Positions 51,409 through 64,000 of a stretch of DNA of 64,000 bases are shown piece after piece. The position numbers were made by a program, and so were the translations under genes. Below the pieces are notes generated by a model. It had not been told where the DNA came from. It searched no databases and saw nothing but the letters and a program-made list of their open reading frames with translations. Origin of the DNA: Camelus dromedarius (lineage: Eukaryota); contig NC_087436.1 of the NCBI RefSeq assembly GCF_036321535.1, positions 50,904,001-50,968,000 on the forward strand, given 5' to 3'. Numbering within the stretch: position 1 is the first letter of the stretch; each line of letters starts with the position of its first letter.

Positions 51409-53268
51409 CACACATACCACATTTTATTGCGCTTTTCTTTATTGTGCTTTGCAGATACTGCATTTTTTACAAATTGAAGGTTTGTGGCAACCCCTGCATG
51501 GAGCAAGTCTACTGGCACCATTTTTCCAACAGCATTTGCTCACTTCCTGTCTCTGCATCACATTTTGGTAATTTTTGTAATATTTTGAACTTTTTCATTA
51601 TCATTATTATTCTATCCCTTATGGTGACCCGTGATCAGTAATTTTTGATGGTACTGTTGCAATTGTTTTGGGGTGTCACAAGCCATGCCCAGACAAGATG
51701 GTGAACTTAATTGAAAAATGATGCGTGTGTTCTGACTGCTCCACTGAATGGCCATTCCCTGTCTCGCTCCCTCTCCTCAGTCCTCCCTATTCCCTGAGAC
51801 CCAACAATTCTGAAATCAGGCCAATTAATAACCCTCCAGTGGCCTCAAAGTGTTCAAGTGAAAGGAGAAGTTGCACATCTCTCACTTTAAATGGAAAGCT
51901 AGAAATGATTGAGCTTAGGAAGGCGTGTTGAAAGCCAAGACAGGCTGAAAGCGAGGCCTCTTGCACCAGTTAGCCGCGTCGTGAAGGCGAAGGAGAAGTT
52001 TCTGAAGGAAATGAAAAGTGCTACTCCAGTGAACACACACGATAAGAAAGCAAACGAGCCTTACTGCTGATGTGGAGAAAGTTGTAGTGGTCTGGATAGA
52101 AGATCAAGCCAGCCACAACATCCCTTAAGCCAAAGCCTATTCCAGAGCAAGGCCCTAACTCTTCAGTTCTGTAAAGACTGAGAGAAGTGAAGAAGCTGTA
52201 GACAAAAAGTCTGAAACCAGCAGGGGTTGATTCATGACGTTGGAGGAAAGAAGGCATCTCCATAACATCACAGTTCAAGGTGAAACAGCAAGTGCTGATG
52301 TGGAAACTGCGTCAAGTTATCCATTCAGAGATCTAGCTAAGAGCATTAATGAAGGTGGCTACACTGAACAGCAGATTTTCCATGTAGATGAAACAACCTT
52401 CCATTGGAAGACGTCATCTAGGACTTTCATAGTTAGAGAGAAGTCAACGCCTGGCTTCAAAGCTTCAAAGGACAGCCTGCCTCTCTTGTTAGGGGCTAGT
52501 GCAGCTGGTACGTTTAAGTTGAAGCCAATTCTCATTTCCTATTCTGAAAATCCTAGGTCCCTCGAGAATGATGCTAAAGCTAATCTGCCTGTGCTCTGTC
52601 AATGGAACAACAAAGCATGGATGACAGCACATTTGTTTACAACGTGGTTTGTTGAATATTTTAAGCCCACTGTTAAGACCAACTTCTCAGGAAGAAAGAT
52701 TTCAAAATGTGCTTGTTGACAATGCGCCTGGTCACCCAAGAGCTCTGATGGAGATATGCAACAAGATAAGTGTTGTTTCATGTTGTTTTCATTTTCATGC
52801 TAACGCAACGTCCATTCTGCAGCCAGGGATTGAGGTGTAATTTTGACTTTCAAGTCTTATTATTTAAGAAACACATTTCATAAGGCTATGGCTGCAATTG
52901 ATAGTGATTCCTCTGATGAATCTGGGCAAAGTCAATTGAAAATCTTTTGGAAAGGATTCACCATTCTAGATGCTGTTAAGAACATTCATGATTCATGAGG
53001 TCAAAATATCAACGTTCACAGGAGTTTGGAAGAAGGTGATTACAGCCCTCGTGGAAGACTTTGAGGGAGTCAAGATTTCAGTGGAGGAAGGAGATGCAGA
53101 TGCAGGAGAACTGGAATTAGAAGTGGAGCCTGAAGATGTGACTGAACTCCTGCAATCTCATGATGAACCTTAAACAGATGAGGAGTTCTGTCTATGGATG
53201 AGCCAAGAAAGTGGTTTCTTGAGATGGGATCTACGCCTGGTGAAGACTGTTGAAATGACGACGAAGGC
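51409..53268 (+). mobile_element. Tigger1 DNA transposon, 5' end present, 3' truncated, transposase disrupted
   Basis: TA followed by a Tigger1-type 5' terminus; ORF 52234-52719 contains [12 protein letters not shown] and [11 protein letters not shown], and the next frame has LVDNAPGHP (DDE_1 motifs). Confidence 0.93.
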
Positions 53269-53794
53269 CTGGTTTAGTGTGGCCCCAGCAGCTGGGCTGA
53301 CAAGCCCGTTGTTGAAGAAGGCTCTTGGAAGCATATCCCAGTGTTCATCACAGCACCTCACTTAAACCCTTTCATTTCTCCTCTCCCTTATTTTCAGTCC
53401 TTTGACTGAAGAGTAGTTCAGTAAAGCTTTGTGCTAGAGCTTCTTGTTGAAGACCCCTGGTATGCCGCAGTTTCAATACTGAGTCCCAGAGGCACTGAGA
53501 ACACACTGAGGGTTGAAGAGGAACAGTTTTGCATGAGATGCAGGAAGGCAGGGTGATGCAGCCTAAATGAAATGAGCCTAGCAAGGATGTGACAAACCCA
53601 AAGATTTCATCTCAGGTTACAGTGCTTCTCTTTTGATAATTTTTTTTTGGCTCCTTTCTGGATCAAAAAATGGATTCTAGAGAACTGTGCATGTGATAAC
53701 CAGGCTGTGGAAGGATCCCATGACTACAAGGAACAGTCCTTAGAAAAGTATTTGTAGAGATCAAACAAGATGAGGTCATCAGTTTGCTTTTCCT

Positions 53795-53800
53795 TTTATT
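53795..53800 (-). terminator. NFKB1 polyadenylation signal
   Basis: AATAAA on the minus strand in context ttttataAATAAAaggaaaagcaaa, after a U-rich 3'UTR of about 620 nt. Confidence 0.8.
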
Positions 53801-54373
53801 ATAAAAGTAAAATAAAAAATAGCATTTATAAATTCAACATTTTTTTCCTTTAAAGTATTTGATCTAAAAAACATATTTACAATAGCAAAATGCAGAAAAG
53901 GGGGAAAATACCACTTTCAGCACTGATTGTAACCATGTTTAAATATTGACATGTACATATTCTTTTCTCAGATCAGATAATCTCGTTAGGAAAAGCCCAG
54001 TAATCTTTAATTTGAATGCACAGCTGTGATGTGGATGGCGAGAGAGACCACCAGATGGGGAGAGGACTGCGGCAGCTTTTAATGACAGTGGGAAAGCAGC
54101 AGAGGGACAGCAGCAATGACAACAGAAAGCAGCCGGTAAAGCACAGCAAACCACTTCAGCCCCCCTGGGTCGCCAGCCCAGCCGAGGGCTGTGACTGTAC
54201 ATGCCATCTGTAAGTCAACTGAAGTAAAACTCATTAGGAACTCAGAAAGAAAGCCACGTGTAAAAGGCCCTGAATGACATCCCGAACGATCCAGGCAGGC
54301 CGGCGTTCCTCTGAGCACCTTGGGATGCACTTAACCTTCCTTCTCACACAGACAGTGCGGTGGAATTTCAGAG

Positions 54374-54380
54374 CTTTGGT
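54374..54380 (-). promoter_or_regulatory. miR-9-5p 7mer-m8 seed site in the NFKB1 3'UTR
   Basis: ACCAAAG on the minus strand at 3'UTR positions 29-35, complementary to the miR-9 seed CUUUGGU; miR-9 regulation of NFKB1 is established. Confidence 0.8.
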
Positions 54381-54408
54381 TTACACGATGTTGGAAACTG
54401 CCAGCAGG

Positions 54409-54693
<285 letters not shown>

Positions 54694-55849
54694 TTAGCCT
54701 CCACCAGCTACCACACCCCACCTACGCCGCCCGGCTTGTCTCTGGTGTTCGCGGTGGGATGCAGGCAGAAAACACCGAGTAATGTAAAATGTGTGAAAAC
54801 AGCAAAATCAGCCAAGTGTTTTCACCTCTTTCTTGAAATCTAGCCTCGTGTTTATCAGAATCCTTTCTGAATTCTCTTGACTCAAAGTGTACCTTTTTTT
54901 CTTAGAAATTAGATGTATTTTTCCACCCACTATATTACCTATCTTATAGCTGGGGAAATTGCTGAACATAGGCAAAACAAACTGGTGACAGAAGTAGGAA
55001 CTAAAAATGAGATCTCCCTCTGGGCCTCATAGGCTTATTAAACTATACACTGCCTCAAAAACATTTTGGGAGTGAAAAAATAATTCTGATGACAGTGAGT
55101 CTATACTGGACAATTAGGTCAAATTCTTCTAGTTGAAAAGTGTCTTTAGGAATTGGAACAGCATGAATTATCTCCTACAGGGACAGAGTGTCCAAGGAAA
55201 CGGAAGTCTAACATACACAAATCAAAATGTTATCTTCCTGTATACTGAATTCTAATGTTAAAATATTAAGACTGACTGACCAACCAGTCTTTACTGGGTT
55301 TCTGTTATGTGCTAGGAACTGTGAGGTATTTTAAAAATAACTACAAATCAAGGGCTTTGTGCTTCTTAAAATACAAGTATTTACCTGTTTGTGTGGAAGG
55401 GGCATCAGGTCGAGATGGGAGATGTGGGTGGCTTTCCTGGTGGAAGTACTAACCCTTTCTCAAGTGTGTACAATTCCTACCCTACCCACTAGGAAGGCCC
55501 ACCAGATAAGGCGACACTGGTGCTGAACCTGCGTGGCAGGAAGGAGCCAGCCAGGTAAGGCTCTTCGCAGGGAAGGGGAGGAGAAGGGCCACAGGCCCTG
55601 AGCCTGGATCGGACGAGTGAGCGGGGGTGGGGCGGGGGAGCAGACGGCGGGCGCGCATGGGAGCTGCGGGGCCGTTGAATGAACGCTATGTGTGAAAGGG
55701 GAAGGAAGGGCCGCTGTGCTGGTCGCTCACCGCCCACCTCACTGCCTCAAAACAGTGCTGGGCCCCGGGGACGCGCTCAGTAGAGATCTGCTGAATGGAC
55801 GAATGAACTGGAGAATATAACAGGTGTGACACCATTTTTGAAAAGAATC

Positions 55850-56830
55850 ACACTAACTGTTGTGTAGAGAATGGACTGAAGGTGGGTAGACAGAAACAGG
55901 GTGATGGATTGGGAGCTGCTGTGGGAATCGAGGCAAGAAAGGAAGGGTGGCTGGACGAGGGTGGTGGTCGGGAGAGGAGGAAGCCTTCTGGGCGGGCTGG
56001 ATGCGCGATGGGACCAGCACGTGTTCGCAGGCAGGCCTAACCTCCTGGGGGGCGGCAGTGCTTTAGCCTGGCGTGGCCAGCGCCGAGTCTGGGTGAGGGG
56101 TATCAAGTGTCCTGAGTAGGTAAGGACAGGCAAGGAGGGCCCAGGACAGGGCCCTGGAGGCTGCGTCAGTAAAAGGTGAGTGTGGAGGCAGCAGCGAGAG
56201 GAGCGTGCTGTGGGAAAGCCAAGAGGGGACGGTCTGAAGCAGGAGGGAGTGGCTACCTGTGAAACGGGCTGGGAGTGTCTGAGAAGACAAGAAGGATGGG
56301 GACCAGATGGGAGCAGATGCTGGTCACTGCAAGGAAAAGGGCCCTGGTGCTGTTGGGGGAATGGAGCCCGACTGCAGGGGGTGAGGAGAGGAGCGAAGTG
56401 CTGGAAATCACTCTACAGAAGTCTCCTGGGAAGCCTGGCCATGGAGAAGAACAGAGAGACTGGGCTGTAGCTAAAACGTGTGTGGGGTCAAGGAAATGCC
56501 TTTTTCCTATGTGTTTGCTTTATTTTGAAAAGATGAGGAAATGATAGCCTGCTTGTAAGGGGATCCAGTCGGGAGGGAGGAACAGCTAATGCACGAGAGA
56601 GAGAAACAAGAATTAGAGGAGAGGGCTGGACGGGTGAGAGGGTGCCCTGCCTTTGCGGCTCAGACCCTGAATCCACAGGGCCCAGGTGGCAGGTCGGTGA
56701 GCTGGGCACAGGTGTAGGTGGGTGGTGCTCTGATGGCACAAGATAAGAGGATGCTACATGTTCCTATGTCCCCAGTGGACTGAGGCCAGGACACTGGGTG
56801 AGTAAGGAGAGGGAAGGGGTGCTGGCAGTT
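55850..56830 (-). mobile_element. Degenerate L2 fragments in the last NFKB1 intron
   Basis: Purine-rich L2-like text; boundaries approximate. Confidence 0.45.
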
Positions 56831-57325
56831 CAGAAAGAGAAAGCACAAGATGGTTGCTTAGAGAGTTGAGAATACATTTAAAGGGACATAAAGGATTACC
56901 GTGTTGGGAGTTCATTCTGTTACGTGTTTCAGGTGGGATGACAGGTCAGCGTTATGAACATGGGTTGGGGGTGGGCGTGGTGGGGATCATCACAGCAGCA
57001 GTCCACAGTCTGGGGCGCCAGTCTTTGTTCTATAAACATCTCTCTCTTTGTATTTAAGAAATGAGAGAAATAATTCTACCTTCACCACACACATCATGTT
57101 TTTAGTATTTCTTGTGAACTTAAGTAACTCGCGTGTCACCGTGACTGTTCCTGGGAACAGCCCTCACCTGAATGGTCGTGTCGGGAGGGGAAGATGGTGG
57201 AACCCGGGACCTGACGGACACAGCAGACAGCATGGTCAGGAGAGAAAGGTGAAGGGGCCACACCACCCGCCCGGGGACTGGAGGCCCCAGCCTGGGGGAG
57301 CAGGAAGGTGTCTTTTTGTCTTTAC

Positions 57326-57503
57326 CTATTTGCCTTGTGGAGACAGGCGAGAAGGGCAGCGAGGGGGCCTGGGGGGCGGTCTTCACCGGGCCGGGGGCTG
57401 CAGTCCCCGAGGTGCAGAAGGCCGCCTGGATCACTTCAATCGCTTCCGTGTAGCCCATCTGTCTCAGGGCCTCCACCAGCTCTCTTACTGTCCCCCCAGA
57501 TAC
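57326..57503 (-). CDS. NFKB1: NF-kB p105 exon (exon 23 equivalent), end of death domain and start of PEST region
   Basis: cgcag|GTA...ATAG|gtaaag, 178 nt; [29 protein letters not shown]...SPVSTRQI. Confidence 0.97.
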
Positions 57504-58170
57504 CTGCGAGAAAGCAGCGAAGAAAGAGTATGTCCTGGTGCTCAAACCTGGGCCAGGAGAGCCCGGGAGCCTGTGAGCACGACCCCACGCCCCTCCCCTG
57601 CCTCCTCCGCGGGGACGGCCACGGGCCCTGGAATCGGGTTTCCTGCTTCAGCTCAAAGACCACTCAGGAAATCACAGAGAAGCAGTTCATAGTAAGCACA
57701 CCGAGAGAGAAAGAGAAAGCGCTGAGCCAGCACAACCCCACCTGGAGTGAGGTTCAGGCCGTGTCCTGTTTAAGCTGACGCTCTAAACCTCAATAAGAAA
57801 CGAGCTAATGAAATTTTCAAAGAAAGTAATTTCACCCCTTGTTTTTCTACCTTTTCATTTTAGAAATTGAAGTATCACCAGGTAATGAATGGCTCTGCTA
57901 GGAGTCTCCTCATAGCCAACTGGTCCCACGTCCTGACACATGACCAAGGCATGTTCTCAGGGAGAGGAAGGCATGAATGCTGAGGACAGACTGTCATCTT
58001 TGTTTAGGGAGATCGAAGTTCTGCAGCCATCCTGACCCTCTAAGTGGCATTTCTGCAGGAAATCTCAAGGTATCTGATAACAGGGAACATCCTTCTCAGG
58101 AAGGTGGGTTTCCTCTGGGCATTGGATCACCCTCCCAGGACATGGGTAATGACTGATATTCTTAGAATTA

Positions 58171-58461
<291 letters not shown>

Positions 58462-58747
58462 CTAACCGACCAGAGACACTCTGGAGGGACTGCTCCCCCT
58501 CCCACCCTGTGGAAGCAATCAAGCGCCTTCACTTGAAAAGCCAGCAGGAGCCCAGGTGAGTAACAGCAGCCCATGCTGTCACGGATGAGGACTGGGCCTT
58601 CTCTGTGGCGCACCTCCAGGGCCTCCCGATTCTGAAAGCAGCCCCTGTGCCTTTTACAGAACCTGGATAATGCCGGTTCACCCTCATGCCCTTTAAATGA
58701 CGAGGTGGGATGACACTGGTTCAGAGAACAGGGTTCTCCCAACTCAC

Positions 58748-58814
58748 CTTGTGCCAGTAAGTCATCAGATGTAAACTCTGACTCATAGGGTTTCCCATTT
58801 AATATGTCAAATAC
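58748..58814 (-). CDS. NFKB1: NF-kB p105 exon (exon 21 equivalent)
   Basis: aacag|GTA...CAAG|gtgagt, 67 nt; [22 protein letters not shown]. Confidence 0.97.
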
Positions 58815-60158
58815 CTGTTGAAGAGAAACGTGGGGAAATGTACATTAAAGGGGCCACGAGGGAAATCTTCTTTGTAATAAAGAACTCAGCAAGTCCTCCT
58901 CAGGGGCTAACGCCCCCAGAACGGAGCGGGAGGAGTCAGTACCGATGCCTGGGAGCATGCGTGCCTCAGGGGGTCTGGGGCCGGGAGGCTGCGCCATGAG
59001 CTGTCTGAGGCAGGTATGAGGACCCAACCGACCTCGCAGCCAGCCAGGGCCACGGCCCTTCTTGAGGGGCAGAGGCAGCCAGGCCACCCATCAGCCCCGT
59101 GTTGGGCAGAGAGTCGATGGTAAGTGACGCTCCCCTGCGAGCGAGGGCGAGGGCTGAGCTCGGCAGAGCTGTGGGGCTGTGTGCCCCACAGCCCCTCCTC
59201 CCTAGTAAAAGGCTCCTGAGAGTCAGGTTTATAAACCCACTCACACCGAGGTGTACACGTGCTCACAGGCTTGGTGTTCGCCTTCTGGCACCACCTACAT
59301 TTCACTGAGAGGCCAGAGAAGTCTTAGGTTAAAAGAAAAAAAAAGTCGTCGCTGCGGAGGCCTCTCTGTTCTCTGCAGTCACTTCGTTGCTGGCTAACCC
59401 GGGTGAGGACGACACGGGGGTCACTGAAGTGGGTTATCTTTCTGTGTTCTGTGGTGAGGCTTCTGGGAAAACCAGGCGCTCAATGTAAAGAGAGAACTGT
59501 GTGGTCTCTCTGCCAGGGTCACTCAGCCCAACCCACACGTCCCGTGGGGAGGCAAACGAGCAGCTTTTGGACGGGGAGCGGCGCCTGCCCCTAAGAAAGT
59601 CCATTGTGTTGGGTTGGAGATGTGTATGCTGCCCACCTCCTCCCTCGGCTCCTCCCCCTGGGCCCCAAAGCCCAAATGACTGCTTTCACCTTCAGCTCTC
59701 AGGTCAGTGGACTGCTGAGGAAGCTTTAAGTCTGTTTACTGTTTATATTTATGGAAATCCTCAGAAGAATCCCCATTTCTTTTTATGTTCAGAAATCACT
59801 TACCAAAGTTCAAGCAAACCATAACATGTATCCTAGCATCAGAAACTGAGATGGGAATGATTCTGCTGTGAGGTGGGCATGGATAGCTCGTAATGTGAAT
59901 TTAGTGTTTCTAACGCTCTCTCACTACTGAACTCTGATCTGATTAGGCAGACACTTTTACACTCAGAACCCTGTTGACCTAGATCTTTCATGGATAGGCT
60001 TTTCAAGATAAATACGGCTCCTGACAAGCAGACTTTCTTAGAAAATAAAAGGCGTGTGTTTTGGGGAGTAAAAGACCCCCGAGGACCACCTGCTCTTACA
60101 CCCCTGGACCCTGAGCCACCTCAGGAGCAGCTGGCAGACAGACTGGAGCCAGGCTCAC

Positions 60159-60283
60159 CTGCCAGCTGGTAGCCATGTCTAGAGGTGTGGTTCCAGGCAC
60201 GACTCCTTCATCCTCTCCGTCCTCATCCCAAGAGTCATCCAGGTCATACAGAGGCTCAAAGTTCTCCACCAGGGGATCTGCTC
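60159..60283 (-). CDS. NFKB1: NF-kB p105 exon (exon 20 equivalent)
   Basis: ggcag|GA...CAG|gtgagc, 125 nt; (G)[41 protein letters not shown]. Confidence 0.98.
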
Positions 60284-61789
60284 CTGCCGAGTCAAGTTAC
60301 ACCCCATTAGGTAAACCCACATCTTGTCAACTTCCAACTGCCTGCAGGGGTCAGATTCTACAAATATATAAAACAAGCTTATTTATTTCTACTGAAATAT
60401 TTAGAAACCTGCTTTTAAATTCTAATTTATTTTGACTGTAAGGTAACTGATGATACCCCATATAGCCAAGGACACTTTCAAAAACAAGACTTGGAATACG
60501 CTGACTCTCACATTTAACTCTCCAGGATAGTTTTCATCTGAATGACGCATCTTTAATCTGAGGGCTAATGACAGAGGTCGACAGGACCTAGGGTGCACCC
60601 TCAGAATTAAGGTCCTAAAAGTTCAGCTTTATGCCCAGCACTGCATGCTTCTCAGCCCCTTCTGCTGCTTGCTCAAAAGAGCAAAGCCGTTTGCTTTCTA
60701 GTGCCAACCTGTTGCGTTTCATGCCTGGGTACAGCACTGACCCTCAAACGTAAAACACCAAAAAACCCTTCTGCTAGGATGCGTGGTTACTGATAAAGTT
60801 AGGGCTGATCTTGGAAAATCTAGTCTGTTCCTTAGCCAGCAGCAAGTAAGTCAAAGACTAGAGCTAGAGTTACTTCTCAAAGGCTTGGAGGCTGTTCACG
60901 AGAGAATGTTTAGCTTGCTGCCTAATGGACAGTAGGAAGTTTAGCACACCCTCCCTTTAGGAAGAACCAAATTATTTTAATCTGGCTGGGAGAATGTCTG
61001 ACTTGTCCCACCGTCAGTAACAGGTAGTGCCTGATGAGAGGATCTTCATGCCATTTCTTACTCCATCCTTTTAGGCCAAGCCTGGTCTATGAGGCAGTAA
61101 GTACCGCCTGGCCATGGAAACTGCAGAAACTAAGATGAACAATTTGTAGGACCAAAGATGGAGGAGTTGAACTATTCCTTAAGTGACCTTCCGAGCTCGG
61201 GACTAGGTTTTCCTTCTGAGCTTCCTCATTTATATACTGGAGAAACTTCTACGTGCTATTCCTTCCACGGGACACTGAGAATTAGAAAGCGTTTCTGAAA
61301 GGGTGACAGCTTCTTGTCTGAAGGTATTTCTTAATTATAACCAGTGACTCCCAAAACTGTTCATACACACTGCAATCACTGTCTCTTGTTCACAAGAACG
61401 TTCAACTTGGCAAAGGAGAAAAGAAACGGCTGCTGCTTATTTGGCTATGACTTGTCAGAAAAACGTGGTCCCACCAAAGAAAAGGTTCTTATATTTTTCT
61501 GAACTGTTTAAAAAGGTATTTAATCTGCTCTACTTTCTTGAATCTGTGAAGCATTTATTTTCTAAGAAAAGTTTAAGAACCTCTAAAGTCAATCAGATGT
61601 GCCAAGGTAGCCTTGAGATATCAATTTCATTAAACATTGTTTGAAGTTTTAAATATACAAGGCAGTAGAGATTCAAGGATGAGCAGGATTAATTTTCCTA
61701 TACTTCACAGGACTAGAGGATTGCAATGGAATAATACTTGCAAATCCTTGAGCAAAGCAGGGGAGAGAAACACAGCAGAGAGAAAAGTC

Positions 61790-62030
61790 TGTAAGTTCAG
61801 GCTGACACGGTGTGATTCACAGCTCTGCCCCTTACTGGAGCCCTGGGACTAAGATGCAAAGGTCTCTCTAGTCTGTTTCCTTGCTATAAAATGGGAATAA
61901 AAATGGGACTTGTCTCAAAGGGTTACTGTGGATTAAGTAAGATCAAATGAGACAGTGCATGTGAAGTGCCCAACGCAACGGGAGCTAGCAATTTTTAGTG
62001 TCTGGCACATGACAGTACTCAACACATGGC
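61790..62030 (+). mobile_element. MIR SINE
   Basis: ctgtttccttgctataaaatgggaataa...gggttactgtggattaagt core. Confidence 0.7.
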
Positions 62031-62459
62031 CCGTTTGTTTTTCCCTAGTACTTTGGCTTCTCAGACTTTTCTTGCAAAAGGAAGCTTAAACTATTTCTTA
62101 TACCAATAAACTTTTCCTTCTGAGGCCTTGTGATGTGATCTGAGGCTGATACTGCTCTGAATTCTACAAGGAATTAAATTTAGCATTAAGAAGATCTCTT
62201 GTCATGGGAGTCAGCCCAAATCCAAAACAAACAGGTGAACTGGAGAGTGAAAACTAACATGACTGTCAGCATAAAGCCCAGGATTATCAGTCCAAACAGT
62301 GCCTTTACGGCAATTAAACGTGACTTGCCAGAGAGCTCTTATTTACTGTGCCTTTCCACAGCAGCCCTGTGACTTAAAGAAGGTGGCATGGCTGCTCTAC
62401 TGAGGCTGGGTCTGCATTCCGGATGACATTTTCCACCACTGACCACTGGGGTGTCTTAC

Positions 62460-62562
62460 CTGCTGCTTTGAGGAGAGCTGCCAGCCTGGTAGACCCTCTC
62501 CCAGCTGCTATGTGCAGCGGTGTGCTTCCATCATAGGTGGTGCTGTCTACGTGGGCATCACC
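62460..62562 (-). CDS. NFKB1: NF-kB p105 exon (exon 19 equivalent), ankyrin repeat
   Basis: ttcag|GGT...GCAG|gtaaga, 103 nt; [34 protein letters not shown]. Confidence 0.98.
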
Positions 62563-62881
62563 CTGAAATCCAGCCCAGACAGAAAAGGGTTAGTCCCAGG
62601 TGCTCTCACCCTTTTGTCCCCACCTCCCCCCGTCTGCATGGGGTCATATTACCAGCCCAGTTGCTATTTTGGGCAGGCTCTGCCATTGAAGAAAGTCAGC
62701 TAGAGATACCGGGCAAGGGATGCGGGGAAAGCCTGAGCTGCCACTCTGAAGCCTTGCTTAGATATGACACAGATAGAGCCGAGTGTCAGGAGACAGGCTG
62801 TTCCTGACATCATTCTTTGAAAAGATTTTCCCAATTCGCCCTCGGGAATTTAATGCAAAGGCACATAAGTGCATCCCTCAC

Positions 62882-63051
62882 CTCCAGGAGCAGGCAGCCA
62901 GCCAAGGAGATGTTGTCCTGCTCCACAGCCAGGTGCAGCGCCGTGCGCCCCGACTTCCGCTCCTGGGCGTTGACGTCCGCCCCGGCGGCCAGCAGCAGCA
63001 GCAGACATGGCAAGCTGTTGCTCATCATGGCTATGTGAATGGCGTTCAGAC
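62882..63051 (-). CDS. NFKB1: NF-kB p105 exon (exon 18 equivalent), ankyrin repeats
   Basis: cgcag|GT...GAG|gtgagg, 170 nt; (G)[56 protein letters not shown]. Confidence 0.98.
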
Positions 63052-63545
63052 CTGCGGCCCAAGCACAAGGATGGTCACGGGGCAGGAAGGCTGCTCCAGG
63101 ATGGCCCTCTGAGAAGCTGAAGTAAATGACAAAACTGGACCACAGGGAAGGAAGGCTGTTGGGGATCACTGTGTCTGCGGCTGACAGTCTCCACTCCAGA
63201 CGTCTTCACAGGCACTGTACGTCAACTGTTCTGCGTGTGAACCCACACACTCCTGTTAACCTTCTCAGGAGACCCTGAGAACAACATTCTCCGAATAAAT
63301 GATGCCTTCTATGTGTCAAGACCGTGTCTGCTCAGGCCTCTGCTTTTTCCTCCTCCTAACTATTCCAAATCAACTTTAAAGGACTTAGCTACAGTGAGCA
63401 ACAGAGATTTCCACAAGGGATGATGAATTCCAGATGATTAAGGAAGGCACTTTGGGGTGCAAATCAAATAACACACATTTAGCAAATAGCTACTAACTGT
63501 TTAGAAAGCAGATAGAGGAGGTTCTACCACGATGTGGGGTTGTCA

Positions 63546-63869
<324 letters not shown>

Positions 63870-64000
63870 TTAACTTCTCACCTTTGCAAATGAACTACTC
63901 TCTGTTCCATATCACATGCTCATGAAGTACACATACTGGACTAACAGTCATTCAATTATCAAGATCATTTTTATATTTACAATTCTTAATAGCGTTCCTA

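Noticed and set aside
52234..52719. 161-aa ORF as a domesticated TIGD-type gene
   Set aside because: It lies within a Tigger1 copy whose transposase is frameshifted on both sides and 3' truncated.
57048..57778. 214-aa and 156-aa plus-strand ORFs
   Set aside because: Antisense shadows of GC-rich NFKB1 exon 23 and its flanks; no recognisable protein or splice structure.

Overview
Mammalian genomic DNA, most likely a camelid (two tRNA-Ala-type vic-1-like SINEs; no Alu, B1, PRE1 or BovB seen). The window holds the convergent 3' halves of two known genes. MANBA (+ strand) has its last six coding exons at 5318-37022. NFKB1/p105 (- strand) has its last eight coding exons at 63752-54409, covering the ankyrin repeats, death domain and PEST degron. 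All exons have GT-AG boundaries, consistent phases and an intact frame. The rest is L1s (several nested, with TSDs), solo LTRs, two Tigger1 copies, MER20, MIR and L2. The main unexplained signal is a chain of minus-strand, non-repeat segments from about 50.6 kb down to about 14.3 kb. Each starts at a splice acceptor and continues in a stop-depleted frame broken by only a few stops or frameshifts. I read this as a large, decayed multi-exon protein-coding gene (candidate unitary pseudogene), interleaved antisense with MANBA and starting just downstream of NFKB1. I cannot name it. A second notable signal is a short L1 segment at about 40.9-41.1 kb with strongly AT-to-GC-biased substitutions, consistent with a GC-biased gene conversion hotspot. 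Exon numbers, repeat family names and human comparisons are from memory; no database was searched.
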